A model generated the notes under the pieces. That model ran no database searches. It was not told where the DNA came from and saw only the letters and a program-made list of their open reading frames with translations. A stretch of DNA of 64,000 nt from Octopus sinensis (taxonomy: Eukaryota): NCBI RefSeq assembly GCF_006345805.1, contig NW_021825323.1, forward strand, positions 434,001 to 498,000. Direction: 5' to 3'. Positions 33,296 to 46,589 of this stretch are shown here, piece after piece (within the stretch, counting starts at the first letter, position 1; every line of letters begins with the position of its first letter). Both the position numbers and the translations under genes were made by a program.

Positions 33296-36204
33296 GAATA
33301 GGAAATGGAACAATTCTCTTTATTTTTGTTTTTTCAAAAAACTTAAATAGATGATTATTCTTTAACTCCAGTATCAGGGAATTAGTATAAAGAAAAGTCC
33401 ACAACAAAGAAAAAAAATTGAAACTAGTAAAGATTGAACTTTTCCTCGAGAGAACGTTTAATATCGTTATTTCTATTGGGTATGGTGAAGGTTTGCAATC
33501 TACTGTTATTAAATAATTGGAGAGAATTTTTTACCGAAGGTTGCTAAAAGAACTGACATCTCTATAAGGCTCAACCCAAATAAAATATTTTAAAAGAATG
33601 TCAATGTACACTGAACAAACCACGCCGTTGAATGGACCAATATAAAAATGTCATTTTAATCTATTCTATCCATATAAAATATGTTTTATTTTTTTCTAAA
33701 TATGTCTTGAGTCTCATTTTAAAGCTGTTTTTAATGTTTTTCATGACCTCTGAAAAATAAAACATAGAACAACACAAGAATGGAAACTGAGCTATTCGCC
33801 TTTAATCCGGATCAGATTCGAAATTTTTTTCAATCTGTATCTTTTTTCAACATCTTTAAAGGATGAAGAATCAGAATTAAAATAATCTTTAACTTGTTTA
33901 TTTCATGCAATAAAAGCTTCACGAAAAAATATTATCTATTAATAATTCGATCGTCATTTATTTCATAAAAATTATATTTTTATTTTAATAAAAAGTAGTA
34001 GGTTCATTCAACTGCGTGGTTTATTGGATGGACGGTGACAAAGAATACTCAATTTTTTGTCAATTGGTATAATTTAAATAAGTTGGCATGAAAAGTGGGG
34101 TTTATGAGCAAATGCGTGCATGAGTCAATTTAAACGGCATAATTCAAAATGCATCACTCCATTTCCTCACGATCAACAAGTCTTTAAACAAATCAATGTC
34201 CTCCTTAGAACTTCCACCTTTACTGTTGGCACATATAAGCATGTTTTAGATTACCGATAAGATCACTTTCATCAACAAACTTTATGATAACGACCGAATT
34301 CTGGAAATCTCCTTCCTTTCTTCTGAATTCTAATTGGTGGAAAAACACGTTCTCCTGTGTCAATCCGAGAACAAAGTTGTTGTCCTGTTCCATATTACTC
34401 AACGAAGGAGTCCACAATCGGTGTTTTCTCCGTTTTTACAACAAAGTTGTCTCTCAATTCTCGCGAGTATGTCGCGAGCAGATTTGTAGAAGTCCCAGTT
34501 CATGGAGTTAAGAACCGTCTCTTGTGAGAATAGGCAGGACTATTAAGACAACTCAGATTAGACTGGGATTTGTCAGTTGCCTTTTCTCAACATTGCTAAG
34601 ACCTGTCTTACCACTTTCTGGTCAATTTTGTATATGAAGTCGAGTAGCTGGCTCCCTCTTTCAAAGCAGGGCGAGAAAGAATTATTAGTTAAATTTTACA
34701 TTGATAAAAATGTTTTCAAAGCACCTTATTTATTTATTTATTTACCCCCGGCCCCTTCAATTGAAGGAAGCCGGTGGCTAACAAGAACATTAGGGCCAAT
34801 GTCGGTTTCAATATAGATAGAAAATATATGATAACTTGCGGGAATATTTTCTAATTTATGTAATAAAAGTATAATGAACACAGTAAACATATGCGATTGT
34901 ATTTTTTTGGAAGGCTTCAATTACGGGGAAAAGAAATTTTCCTATTAAAGTAAGCCTACATTATAGCTGGGGTGCAATTGCTACGACATTACGAGCGAAC
35001 TTTGTATTCGCTCTTTAAATGACCCCAAACATTAATGCATTTTAATATGATAAACACAATTTTCTTGATAACAAGCCAAAAAATATGCTGTTTGACTATT
35101 TTTAATAAATAATTTTAAAGCTGAAATTGCTATGTTTGATAACTATTGGTAAACATATGTGCTTGTTTTTTTACAAGGCTTTTATGATGCGAGAAAAAAT
35201 TCTGGTGAGAGTCAAGACTATATTATATTATGCATCGTCTACATGTGTTATGGGTGAAAGTTTAATTCGATCATTAAGAATAATTTTTATGAGTATATTT
35301 TTCTAATTTTGATGCCAAAGCAGAATGAGCTTTAAAAAACCGATTTCATAATAAAAATAATATTTAAAATTTATAATGGATATTTTAGAATAATGAGAAA
35401 AAATCTAAATGCTTCATATTTATTAAATGTCAAAACAAGAATCGTCTGAAGGAGCAAGCTGTCTGCACAGTTCATTTTGATTAGAAGACCTAATTTTAGA
35501 GATTAAAACGAAAAAATAGCAATGAGATCTGTTAAATTATTACCCCCCTCACAACCCTAAACCAAATTAGCGTTCAGTATTCATTGATTTTACTTTTTCT
35601 ATTAAGGTCTACTTATAAATTATTTTATGGGATTCAATGGAAAACTTAAGTTATTTCAATTTTATTTTAAATCATGTTAAAATTTTAAATAATTTAATAA
35701 ATATATTTGTTGATGACAGGCTTGTTAGCTGTCAAAGTCGCGTCTAGCGCTCGGTCGCGCGCTGCGCTCGCGACATAATATGGCTGGATTATACATCCGG
35801 TGTAGACAAGACATATAACTTTTCTTGTCTTTAATAATTTTGGAATTGTGTTTGGAATCCAAAATATTATGATTATTCAAGTAGGGCATTTAAATTATGA
35901 TTATTTAAAATGAGACACATAGAGACACAAAAACGTACTATAATGCACGTTAAATCACATGTATTGTTATTTATTTATTCATTGTCACCCAATGTGCGCT
36001 AATTAATATATTTTCATTTTTAAATATATTATTAAAAATGGAACGAGATTCCAATAACCAACTTTGTTCCTAAGAATACTTGCTTGGAAAAAATCAATTA
36101 AAGAATAAAATGTATAAACCAGTTTTTCCATTCTGTGAGATAAGTTAGTCTTAAAGTGCACTCATTCCATTTAAATTGATTTTTCAAAAAAGTACTTTTT
36201 TTAA

Positions 36205-36570
36205 GTTTTTTTCGGAAAGAAAGATGGGAGATTTGTCGGATCGTTTACGTTTTCAGAGATCTAACATTCAAAATCTCGAAAGGTAAAAATTTTAAAAACT
36301 CGATATAATTGATTTGAAATTTAAAAAATGAATTGATGATTCAATTTTTTAGCACACTTTCTATGCCAATTTATTTGTTTGGTATTAAAAATAAAGACTT
36401 TTCCTTTTTGTGCCTTGCAACCAGAGTCGCTTTATTCATTCTCCTCTATAGCTTTATACAGTAGCATGAAAGTAGTGTTTATAGATCGGTGTCCATATGG
36501 CCATGTGGCCATTACTATTAAATTGCAAGTTAAAAGCTAATCAATGACAGCTGTAGTCTGCTACAATATT
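36205..36570 (-). repeat. Unclassified interspersed repeat, copy 1 of 3
   Basis: Inverted homolog of 43170-43565 and 41145-41430. Confidence 0.75.
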
Positions 36571-36589
36571 TTATCCAGTTCTTTCTTGA

Positions 36590-37435
36590 TATTTAGACAG
36601 CAAGAGTGACAGCACTGCTTTTTTCGGTGGTCTACAGAGTCAAAGAAGAATGAGAAGAAGGGAAGGAGATGCGTAGAGTGCCACCGCCTGCTCACTTCGA
36701 AAGTCAGGACTTACATAGTAGTAGCACTTTCACAAGATCCAAAAGTTATTTGAATGAATATAGATGTTTCGCTTAAAACGTCTATCCAATCAGTGACAAT
36801 CAAGAAAAGGATGGAGAACATGGGCGCTAAACACAGACATTGCACAAAAATTGACAACCACCTAGTTTCGAAGGAGGCAAATAGTCGTATCGCTAGAGAG
36901 GAACTAGGAATATCAGTAAACCCGTCAGAGGAGTTGACTTTCATACTACAATACAAAAAGAAGAGGTGTCGATAGGTGATCTGTCTGTCGAGTAGCTGTC
37001 CTAAAAGAAAAAAAAAACATTAATTAAAGATATGTATATAACTTTATCCTTTTATTAATAAAGAGTCAAAACTAATTATTTATCAATTGAACTAATTAAT
37101 GCGTCCTCTCACTCGATTCTCCTCCTCTTACTCATGTAAGTGTCTAAAAGAAGAAAACCTGAAGGCTCCCCTATTGAGTGTCTTAATTATTGTTGCCAGC
37201 CATACCATGTTTTGTCGGTCGTTTTTCAGTTCTGAACATAACAGGAGACTGCCCAAGCATATCTGGAGAAGCATGGACTCCCCTCCCACATTGAAGACAT
37301 CATCAACTTTATAGTGATGACCAAGCGCAAGCAGGAAACTGCTGGTCCTCATCGACCGAGTGGACCACATCACCGAGTTGATCCACCAAGTCTGTCTCAG
37401 TCAGGGAGTGAACCTCCAAATTCTCATTTCCTTCA
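36590..37435. mobile_element. Cluster of R4-like 3' fragments
   Basis: 36590-36712 matches 14075-14215; 36720-37015 (+) and 37045-37435 (-) look like diverged RLE C-termini (IQSVTIKKRME..). Confidence 0.6.
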
Positions 37436-37439
37436 ATTT

Positions 37440-38630
37440 TTACTTGATATTCAACCATGTAGGACTTCTAATGCACGTAGCGCTATCAACTCCAGGCAGA
37501 CACCTTCAAATCCTGAGACGACTATTTGTTTGACTGTTAGAGAGACATGAATGGGGGACAACCTCCCCAATTAATTCAGTACAGCTTCTAAAGATCAACT
37601 GGCCGTACTGCAGGAGTTCCTTAAGTGTATTCCTACATGACGAACGTTTACAAGTGTTTCGAACGTTTACAGCTTTTTTCTTGATATCGACACCGCGAGT
37701 GATGAGTTAAACAATTTTATGCATCACTATATATCCCCTTACGCAACCAGGCTACGTGCGGGAAATCAGTCCAAACGCCAAAGTGACAAGCTTCCTAACT
37801 GCCTAGTCAATAGAGTTCAAAGAAACTCTATTTCTCTAATGCCTAAACATTTCAAAGGCTTTCGACAGCCAATGGTATCGGGACCTGTTAGGAGAAGGTA
37901 CAAATCTGTAAGCCAACAGGAGAGGCTCTGACTGCGGTGCTTCCTCTCGAACAGCAACTCATTCGTATCTGAATCTGCTTCATACAAGAACATCAGGCTC
38001 CGAAAAGGGGGTGCTGCAAGGATCTTTTCTTAGTCCACTTCTATTCAACTTGGTAATAAGCAGTTTCCCTTCACCATTCGACAACTTTCTTCCTATACGC
38101 TGACGAAGTTCTCGTCCTGGACATCTCAAAGGACACAAAAGCGTCGGATAAACGGTTTTCTGCTACATTGAGGTGATAAAGTGGTGGTGCATCAGTAAGC
38201 GACTCGCGCTGGCCATGGAAAAATCGGCCTACCTCCAAATCAACGAAAGAAACTGAGCAGATCAAAAACCTCGGCCCATGGTGAAAATTACCTGCCCTAA
38301 CTGTTTACAGTACTTGAGTCACAATCGATGCTAAATAAGATAATTCTAATGAAATCGAAAAGATACGGCGCTATGCGCAGAAGCTAGCCTATAGGTTAGA
38401 TCTACGAGACCCAGCCTTAAGTCCTCGGAGATGCGGCAGACCATCAAAGAATCTTTCCAGTCTTTCCAGAGACGAATTCGGGTGACCGACCCATTTATCG
38501 ATCTGAATCAATAACTTGCCTCCAGACAAAAACCGGACGTTCCTTCAATGATCTCGATTGCCCTGATCAATTGTCTCGTTTATATTTCCGTCCTAATTGT
38601 TGTCACTATCCTCTTTTGTCTTACAATAAA
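37440..38630 (+). mobile_element. Highly degenerate APE-type LINE RT remnant
   Basis: GVLQGSFLSPLLFNLVI and LYADEV remnants. Confidence 0.6.
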
Positions 38631-38930
38631 AATGTTTCGTTTCGTTTAGTACGAATCAATATTTTAAGGAATGGAATACTTTATTATTAAATAATAAACA
38701 TTAATGAATGTGGCAATAAACCACGTAACAAAACTACTAATTTAAATGTAGAACAATCCTCTTAAAGAAAGAGTTAAAAACTAAAATTAGTTTTATTATT
38801 GAAACACTCTCGTACAAATATAACTAAAAAATTAAATCAAGTAAGGTTCAAAAACATTTTAATAAACACAAAAAATTAATGTTCAATAAAAACAAAATTG
38901 TAAACAAATACTAAAAAAATAAATGAAGAA

Positions 38931-39586
38931 TTATTTTTTGAAATGAATTCTCCAATATTTACTAACTTTTTTGAACAACTTTTTATCACATGACATCTTT
39001 TCCCATTTTCTCTTTATTGCCGAAGCTGAACGTTGATTCTCATGTAAAATTGTAGAAATGTGATCAAAATCCTTTCCATAAACCTTGACAGCATCCAACA
39101 ATGTCGCTTCTTCTTTTATAGACCATAAAAGTCGATTTGACTTAATACAATCTGTAAAACTATTTTCTGCAGAAAAATAATCAGTTTCCTTTTCCGATTT
39201 AAAATTAATTTTTAACAAATCTGAACTTTCTGAAGTTTGTCGAATATTTCGGTCTTTTAAAATATCACAGCCATAATAACTGTTAATAAGAGCTACAATT
39301 TCCTCTAATTTACAATCTCTTTAAGATAATCAAAGTTAACTTACGGAGCTGATGCAAGTCGGCAATGAACTGTATCTTCATTTAGAGGAAGTTCTTTCTA
39401 GAATGTGAAATAAGGATAAAAGAACCAGAAGGTCTGACTCAGTGAGTTGATTTTTCATATATTCAAAAACCTATTTAATTGATATTTGAGAATTCTAACT
39501 GCTTTAATTTCCTTGTTGGAATCAGAATTTTGGCGTAATAATTTTAATATTTCCAAAATACACTTAGAATAAACCTGAACAGACAT
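38931..39586 (-). CDS. Protein of about 190 aa with a C-terminal Myb/SANT domain, 4 exons
   Basis: MSVQVYSKCILEIL.. joined by three 26-29 nt GT-AG introns that keep frame, ending WSIKEEATLLDAVKVYGKDFDHIS..RSASAIKRKWEKM. Confidence 0.75.
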
Positions 39587-39899
39587 ACAAGCGTGAATAT
39601 ATTTATTCTTTTAATTTAATTTTACACAAAATAATAATAATTTAAATAAATTGAAATTAAATATATTGTGTTATAAACTTTGGGAGACTCATTGAAAAAT
39701 TTATAAGATACAGCAAAAGTTAATAAAAAGACAAACTATCTGTTTCACTTGATATTTCATGTGAAATACAAAAAAAATTTTAAATTATAGTCTGCTAGAA
39801 ATCCAAGTTGGATTTCATCGGGGGTGACAGATAATTGTAAATAAGCGAATCTCAAAGTTAAAAGTGAAAAAATTGGACATCATGCGATAAGATATTTTG

Positions 39900-40258
39900 A
39901 AATTTATTTATTTATTTATTAATGACCAAACACGGGCAAAGCCAGTTAATTATAGTTATTCCCGTGATCGCCGATCCAAGCGAGGGAGATCCTTCTGAAA
40001 GGTTCGATCCTGCCCGCATGATCGGCCTGAAACGACGATGTCCCAGGGTCTGAGAACTAGAAGTCCTTTTTCGGTAGGCATTAAGTGCCTCCTGAGCGTT
40101 GCCATATCCGAATAGAATTTTCCAACTGACATGGTGGACCCCATAACGCCACGCTAAGACCGGAAGGTAAGAGATCCCCATTTCCAACTGTGTCGTGCCA
40201 GAAGTACTCGTTGCCTCACGGGCAGGGGAACGATAACGAGAATTGGCCCCAAGATGAA
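39900..40258 (-). mobile_element. SINE body with (AAAT)n tail
   Basis: GC-rich body; its first 40 nt or so are shared with 46516-46557, which carries the tRNA-like head. Confidence 0.7.
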
Positions 40259-40379
40259 ATGTCAATTACAATGTTTTTTTATATGCTAATTTCATATTTA
40301 TTTATATTTTATTGCTGTCAAAGATTTATTTTTGACTTTTTAAAAATTAAAAAAAACATTCTTGTTCTTAATAAGTAAA

Positions 40380-40592
40380 ACTGGTCTAATTTGCTAGTAA
40401 TCTCCTTGGTCAAGGGTTCGATTCTCAGCTGCTGCCTGTGCAGGAAGCTCCGATTGGGTCTGAGTGAATTTTATGACAATTGACCCCGCCATGACATCTC
40501 ATCAGATACGGATTCCAAACATGAATGGACTTTTGGATGGGACGTCAGAAGCGCCCTACCGTTATTACCGCCGCACCACAACTAAAAAAAAA
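40380..40592 (+). mobile_element. Second tRNA-derived SINE candidate
   Basis: A-box-like TGGTCTAATTTG, B-box GGTTCGATTCT, GC-rich body, A-tail. Confidence 0.55.
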
Positions 40593-41144
40593 CTTAAAAG
40601 ACAAGGACTCAATAATTTTGGATTAATTAAAATAATTAACTTCCTTATTCTTTCTTTAAAGTTTTTTTTCTGCGGCTGGCAAATCAAATCTTATTAATAA
40701 AAATTTATAATGTAAATAAACTGCCTAATGGGAATTTTGTACTTGCATTTTAGAGATTTAAATATCAATTTTCGGCGTTATCATCGTCTACTTTAAGACG
40801 ATTTCAATACTTTGACTTTAAATATCCACGATGTGACATTGCCGTTTCACAGATATGTTGTGTGAAATGGAATTAACTGAGTAATGGATATACAATTCTT
40901 ATTTCGCACCAGAATTCCATTAATGTACTATTTTAAACGATATCAAAGGACTTAGTATAATTATGCATGCATGACTTGAGTGGTCAGTCGATCATGAATA
41001 GAAAGCACGCTGTCACAAACAGGGAATATATATAAGAAACCTTAATTCTAATATCTGAGCAAAATCAAACGTCACTGAAGATGGGAAAAAGTTGAAGAGA
41101 ATTTGGTAGAATTGACTAATGATTGACGAATTAATTAAAATATT

Positions 41145-41430
41145 GGAGCAGACTAAAACTGTCATTGATTAGCTTGTTTACTTATAATTTAAAGTAAATT
41201 ATTTATGGCCATATGGATAGGAATTTATAAAACCTGCTTTCATTCTACTGTAAAATGCTACATGCTAAGAAAGTTAGGTAATGAAACAAATTAAACAAAT
41301 AAGGGCCTGTTGTAAATGCAACCCTCAGTGGTTGCATGGGGCATAAAAAGGAAACGCCTCTTTTTTAATACCAAAAAATTCAATTTGCATGGAAGTTCAT
41401 TTTTCAAACTTCAAATCAATTATAATAACT
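41145..41430 (+). repeat. Unclassified interspersed repeat, copy 2
   Basis: Matches 43170-43465; the adjacent segment 40973-41072 matches 43970-44068. Confidence 0.7.
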
Positions 41431-43169
41431 AGGCCGATTTTTTAGGCTAAACAATAAAGAAAATTAACCAAAAAATAACTTGATTATCCTACAAACTAGA
41501 AAATTGACCTAAAAATTTAAGTTAAAGATTAAATAAAAACACTAAAACTTTTTGTTACACATACAAAGTTGTGTGTAATTACTCTAAACTTAGGCAGTGC
41601 CATGCTTTTTAAAAATGTATTAATTATAAATTTTTAATTTTTAATTAAACAGTAAGACAAAGAAAAAAGACAAATGAAAAGAGCCTAAATATTGACAGCT
41701 TACCCATCGAATTGAGGAAAGGAATCAAGAAACTGTTAATTTAGGAATCCTCACGCCAAACTTATATCAACAGGTAAAAACTTATTGAGGAAGATGGAAG
41801 AGGTGGAAAAAGGTATAAAAATTACACAAGTACGCTGGATCAATATGGCTGATGCAAACTAGCTCCTAAATTTGCGAGATATTAGCATCTTTATCTAAAA
41901 TAGAATATCTCAGTGTTAAAATCAACAATACTTAATTATTGAATTTATTTTACTACACTTTAAAAGATGTTAGATTTGAAAAGTGAAAGACGATTAGAGG
42001 TCAATAAGAATACAAGGAAAATCTTTGTTGAAAAATTTTTGATATTTCAGAGTAAAAACATTCCGACCATTTATATATATAATTAACCGTAACGTCCATA
42101 TTTGGAGAAATGGAACAACGTCAATTTGGGATAAAAATGCAATTTAAAGGTGGCCAAATTTTAGATGGAACTTTCATTTTATCGATTTCAATCGGAATGT
42201 TCAAAAGTCTGGTTAAAAGTCTACCCTGAACAAGTGTTGTGAAAATTGAAAATGTAGTAAAAAACAATTCTGAGAAGACAATAAAGTTTATTGAGGCTTT
42301 TATTTAATTTCTCGCTCTAATCGATAATAAAGAATCTAAATATAATCTTTGAAAAAGATAGCAACTTACTTTCCGACGTCTGTACCGCAATAGTTAACAT
42401 TTCCAAAGCCGACAATAACTCAGTTCAAAAAATTTCTACTTAAATATAAGAAAATTATTTTATCATTAATAAAAAATAATTATTAGAACTCAAAAATTAT
42501 TTTGAATAATATGCAATAATGAATTCATGTTATTTGAGTAATTCGTTGTTTCAGATTTTCTCGGCTGGTTTCAGATCTAAATACTTATCTACAATATGTT
42601 TCTATTTTCAATTTTAACAGTTCTGGTAAAACCACCTTGCAGACTATGGGTGCATACCAGTTATTAACTATTATTTTTTGCAATAAGAAATAAAAAATAC
42701 ATATTTGCAGTACTTAAAGTAATTTTGTCCTTTTGTCTCTTCCATTTTCGCATGTTAAATAAAGTAATTATTTGCGCAGAGTAGTTTTCAAGATTTGCAA
42801 CTTATGTTAAGGAAAAAGCGAGATTCTTTTTCTAAAGAGTTTAATAAAGCTGTCACAAATTAATAAATACGGAAAAGAAACGATTAGTAATATTAGAGGA
42901 GAATCGAACATTCTATGGTCTGGAAAAATTTTGAAGAGATATTAAAAAACGTAAAAACATATTGTATAGTTTGATTTTCAGATTTCTTCCTTCGCCCTAG
43001 CATCTTTACAGATGCATACATTTGGGCTTTGTGTTTGTACTTTCCCACTTCATTTTCAAGGTTTAGTAGCTCTGTTTCGTAATTTTTTTTCATTAGTTAT
43101 GTATATATAAAAAGATTCAACTGATATGGATAAATATAAAAACAACTCATTTGCTAGAATTAACTAAAG

Positions 43170-43565
43170 ATTTTGTAGCAGACAAGTTTCATTGATTAGC
43201 ATTTTACTTGTAATTTAAAAGTAATATAATACTGGCCACTTGGCCATATGCATATCCATCTATAAACCCTGCTTTCATGCTACTGCAAAAAGCTAAGGGG
43301 CAAAAAAAACATACCATGAAAAACCACATAAAAGCGACTCTTAGTGGTTGCAGGGCATAAAAAGGAAAAGCCTTCATATTCAACATTATAAAATTAAATT
43401 AGCATAGAAAGTGTTCTAAAACAATTGAATAGTGTGTTTATTTTTCAAACTTCAAATCAATTATATGAGTTTTTAAAATTTTTGACCTTTTGAGATTTTA
43501 AATGTAATGTCAGGGAGAACGTAGAGGATCTGACCAATCTCCCATCTTTCATTTTGAAAAAGAGA
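43170..43565 (+). repeat. Unclassified interspersed repeat, copy 3
   Basis: Homologous to 36205-36570 (inverted) and 41145-41430. Confidence 0.7.
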
Positions 43566-44068
43566 AGGCTTAGGAAAACAGCAAGTTACAATAAAAAATA
43601 ATAAATCAAGAATTAAAGAAATATCTCAATCAATCGTTTATGATAATATAAAAATTTTCCCCTGTATGAGGTCTATTTCATTAAAAATCATCGTATTTAA
43701 TAAAGGTAACGAAAATATCAACACATGAATCTCGGAATTTGTTTATTCTGTAAAGTTCTTTTTCTACAAATATATTTTGCTAGATTAAATACAATATTGG
43801 ATGTTTAAAATTAAATATAAAATAATATTAATTAAAAATCAACTGGAAAAAAGTCAGATGTTGTCTAATACCAGTGTCGTGAAAATTGGGCTCTTTAACC
43901 TCCTTTTAGTCCCTTGATGATAATTATAAAAAAACCAAGTGCTTTTTTTATTTATTATGATTATACGTTGACTTAAGTGGTCAGTCGATCGTGAATAGAA
44001 GGTATCTGTCACAAACGGTGAATATAGAAAAAAAACGTTTATTCTAATATAAGAGCAGAATCAAACGT

Positions 44069-45945
44069 TTAGACGTGTAACAATTTGGCCTTGCATTTTA
44101 ACCTTCAAATGTCATTTAATTGTTGTCTGCCGGTAACTATTATTTTTGCAAATGAGAATAGCTAATGCAGTCAAAGATGATAATGAATATAATGATATTC
44201 TTCAGTATTTACAACATGAGAAATTTCCAGAGCGATAGTCAAGAACACAAAGATCAAGATTTTTACAAAAATGCAAAAATTTCATTTTAATCGGAGGTAT
44301 TTTCCTATCTCATTTCAGGAACACTTTATTTTAATGAAATAAATGGTGAAAATAAGCAAGTAATTTGTTTGAATGATCGCAAAACAATGAAATATCATTG
44401 TGATCGGATTCATTCTCAGTTTCACTTTGGATTAAACAAGATGGAAGAATACTGCAGAAATAATTTTTCTTCTTATAAAAGATTCATAATCAGAGAGTAA
44501 CTTCTATGTGCCCAAAATGCAAACAACTGATCCATTTATTAAAAATAAGTCTACAATTGTTCATATTGTAGCAAATCACCACGAGAACCGTTTCTTTAAT
44601 CATTTATTCTAGATACCAGATTGATTTGTTTGATCTATCACTTTATTCTTCTTTAAATAATTCATATAAGTATCTAATGAATGTAATCGACATTTATTCG
44701 AAATTCTGTTTTGCAAGAACTATTCTCAATAAGGAAGCTGTTACAGTATCAGAGTTCCTAAGACGTATTTTTGAATCTTATGGCCCCCCAAAAATAATCC
44801 AAACTGACAATGGAAAAGAATTTGTGAATTCGGAAATAGATTCCTTATGCCAACAATTTAAAATAATCCATAAGAGAGAACGACCAAGGCATCCCGAGTC
44901 TCAAGGCCAAGTAGAGCGTTGCAACCAACTCTCTGCAGATGGCTTCAAAAGGAACTATTTGGAAAAGAAAAGATATGGACTGCTGCATTAAGCAATGTAG
45001 TATATAGATACAATATTTCTGTACATTCTGCAACTAAATTATCACCATTTATGTCATTTTTTAATACGCGAGGATATAATGTTTCCTACTTTGACCAGGA
45101 AGCAAGCTTAGAGGAAACTGAAACAAAAGACATTACAAATGAATCATACATTTCTCGTATGGAAAGAAATAGTTCACTCCAAAATTGCCAAATCGAAAAT
45201 TTTAAAGTTGGAGATCACGTACTATTAAAAAAAGATTTTGATACGAATCAAAAAACTAAAAAAAGGAAATTAGAATCTTTTTTCTTCGAAAAAACTTTGG
45301 ATCACATAAAACAAACGCCCCCAGGGGCGTTTGTTTGATATGTGTGAAGTTAGGGGCGTTTGTTTAATATGTGTTATATTGATGTTATAAAAAATTATAT
45401 TATAATGGAGGGCCTATTCCAATTTGAATGTTTTTGGCTATGACCACGCTACTGTAAACCACTCAATTAACTTTATTGAACCAACCACCGGTGTTCATAC
45501 CCAACATGTGGAGTCCTATTGGAATAAAAACAAATTGCGTTGTAAGAAAATGAAAGGTGTCAAAAAAGAATTTTTACAAGACTACCTAAACGAATTTATG
45601 TGGCGTGACAACGTAATTGGTGATCCTTTTGAAAAGTTAATGGAGCTTTTGAAAAATTATTATGTTGTTCAATAAACTTATTTCTAAAGTATAGTATTTA
45701 TTTATAAATTTGATTTTTAGTTTTACATTATTTTAACGTTTTCGTCGAATGTTTGACATGTATAAATTTAGGGCGTTTGTTTAAGTAAATTTGGGGGCGT
45801 TTGTTTAAGTAAATTTGGGGGCGTTTGTTTAATTTGATCCAAAACTTTTACTATCAAAGAATTAATTTCCCAAAATAGAATAATGATAGAAAATGAAGAT
45901 GGAACCGAAAAAACGGTTTTTTACTCTCAAATTAAAAAAATTTAA
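44069..45945 (+). mobile_element. Ginger-like DNA transposon (Gypsy-type integrase without RT), with introns; may extend to a right TIR at 47554
   Basis: ORF 44152-45945: H2C2 (HSQFHFG..CPKC), YQIDL, IDIYSKF, IIQTDNGKEF, PRHPESQGQVERCN; introns 44297-44318 and 44590-44612; 44070-44093 is inverted relative to 47503-47525. Confidence 0.8.
45299..45840 (+). mobile_element. Merlin non-autonomous element
   Basis: TIRs GGATCA..AAACAAACGCCCCC; perfect 8-bp TSD AAAACTTT; HATVNHSINF..TGVHTQHVESYWN..YLNEFMWR. Confidence 0.95.
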
Positions 45946-46451
45946 ATAAATTGTTTTGAAATTATTTTTAATAAATCCCTGTACAAATTGAAAAATAGTA
46001 GATTGAAAGTATGTTGAGATAGTATCTGTATCAAAAATGCCGCGGCAGAAGGCCGCATAGGGGAATAGTAGCTATCTTAAAAATTTCGGCCGAAGGCCGT
46101 TAGGTAGGTAAGGCTTTGTTTGATCAGAAAATCTCTTCTGTATTAACTTAAAAATAAATTAAATTTAAAGGAACTTCATCTATTGTCCAAATAAGAGAAT
46201 GATAACAAACTTAAAGATTTTAAACTACATTTTTAAAATTAAAGTAGACTAGGCCTTTATAATTCTTTAAGAATTTTCATTATTTCTATCATTTTATATT
46301 CTAATTAAAAGGGAAACAATAGCAAATTTTTAGAATGAAATTTATTAAAATAAATATTATTTTTTTAAAGATAATTTATCAAATTTAATGGATAACCAAT
46401 ACTATTTTTAAATAATTTAAGTGCATTATATGTTGTTCATTGTGCATTATA

Positions 46452-46557
46452 GCCCCCTTGGCTGAAGACTAAGCTATGGATAATGTATTTGGACGGTCGT
46501 GAGTTCGATTCCGATTCATCCTGGGGCAAATTCTCGTTATCGTTCCCCTGCCCGTGA
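46452..46557 (+). mobile_element. 5' (tRNA-like head) part of SINE family 1
   Basis: A-box-like TGGCTGAAGACTAAG, B-box GAGTTCGATTCC, then sequence shared with 40216-40258. Confidence 0.65.
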
Positions 46558-46589
46558 ATTAGATGTTGTTTCCTTGTTTTTTATTTCAA

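Noticed and set aside
40170-40250. HDV-like ribozyme in the SINE body (minus strand)
   Set aside because: Some nested pairing is possible, but there is no catalytic C-N-A-A junction and P1/P1.1 are non-canonical.
44152-45945. LTR retrotransposon
   Set aside because: Integrase only, with introns and TGT/ACA-type inverted ends; no gag, protease, RT or LTRs.
46452-46515. Functional tRNA gene
   Set aside because: A and B boxes are present but there is no cloverleaf or acceptor stem, and it runs into the SINE body.
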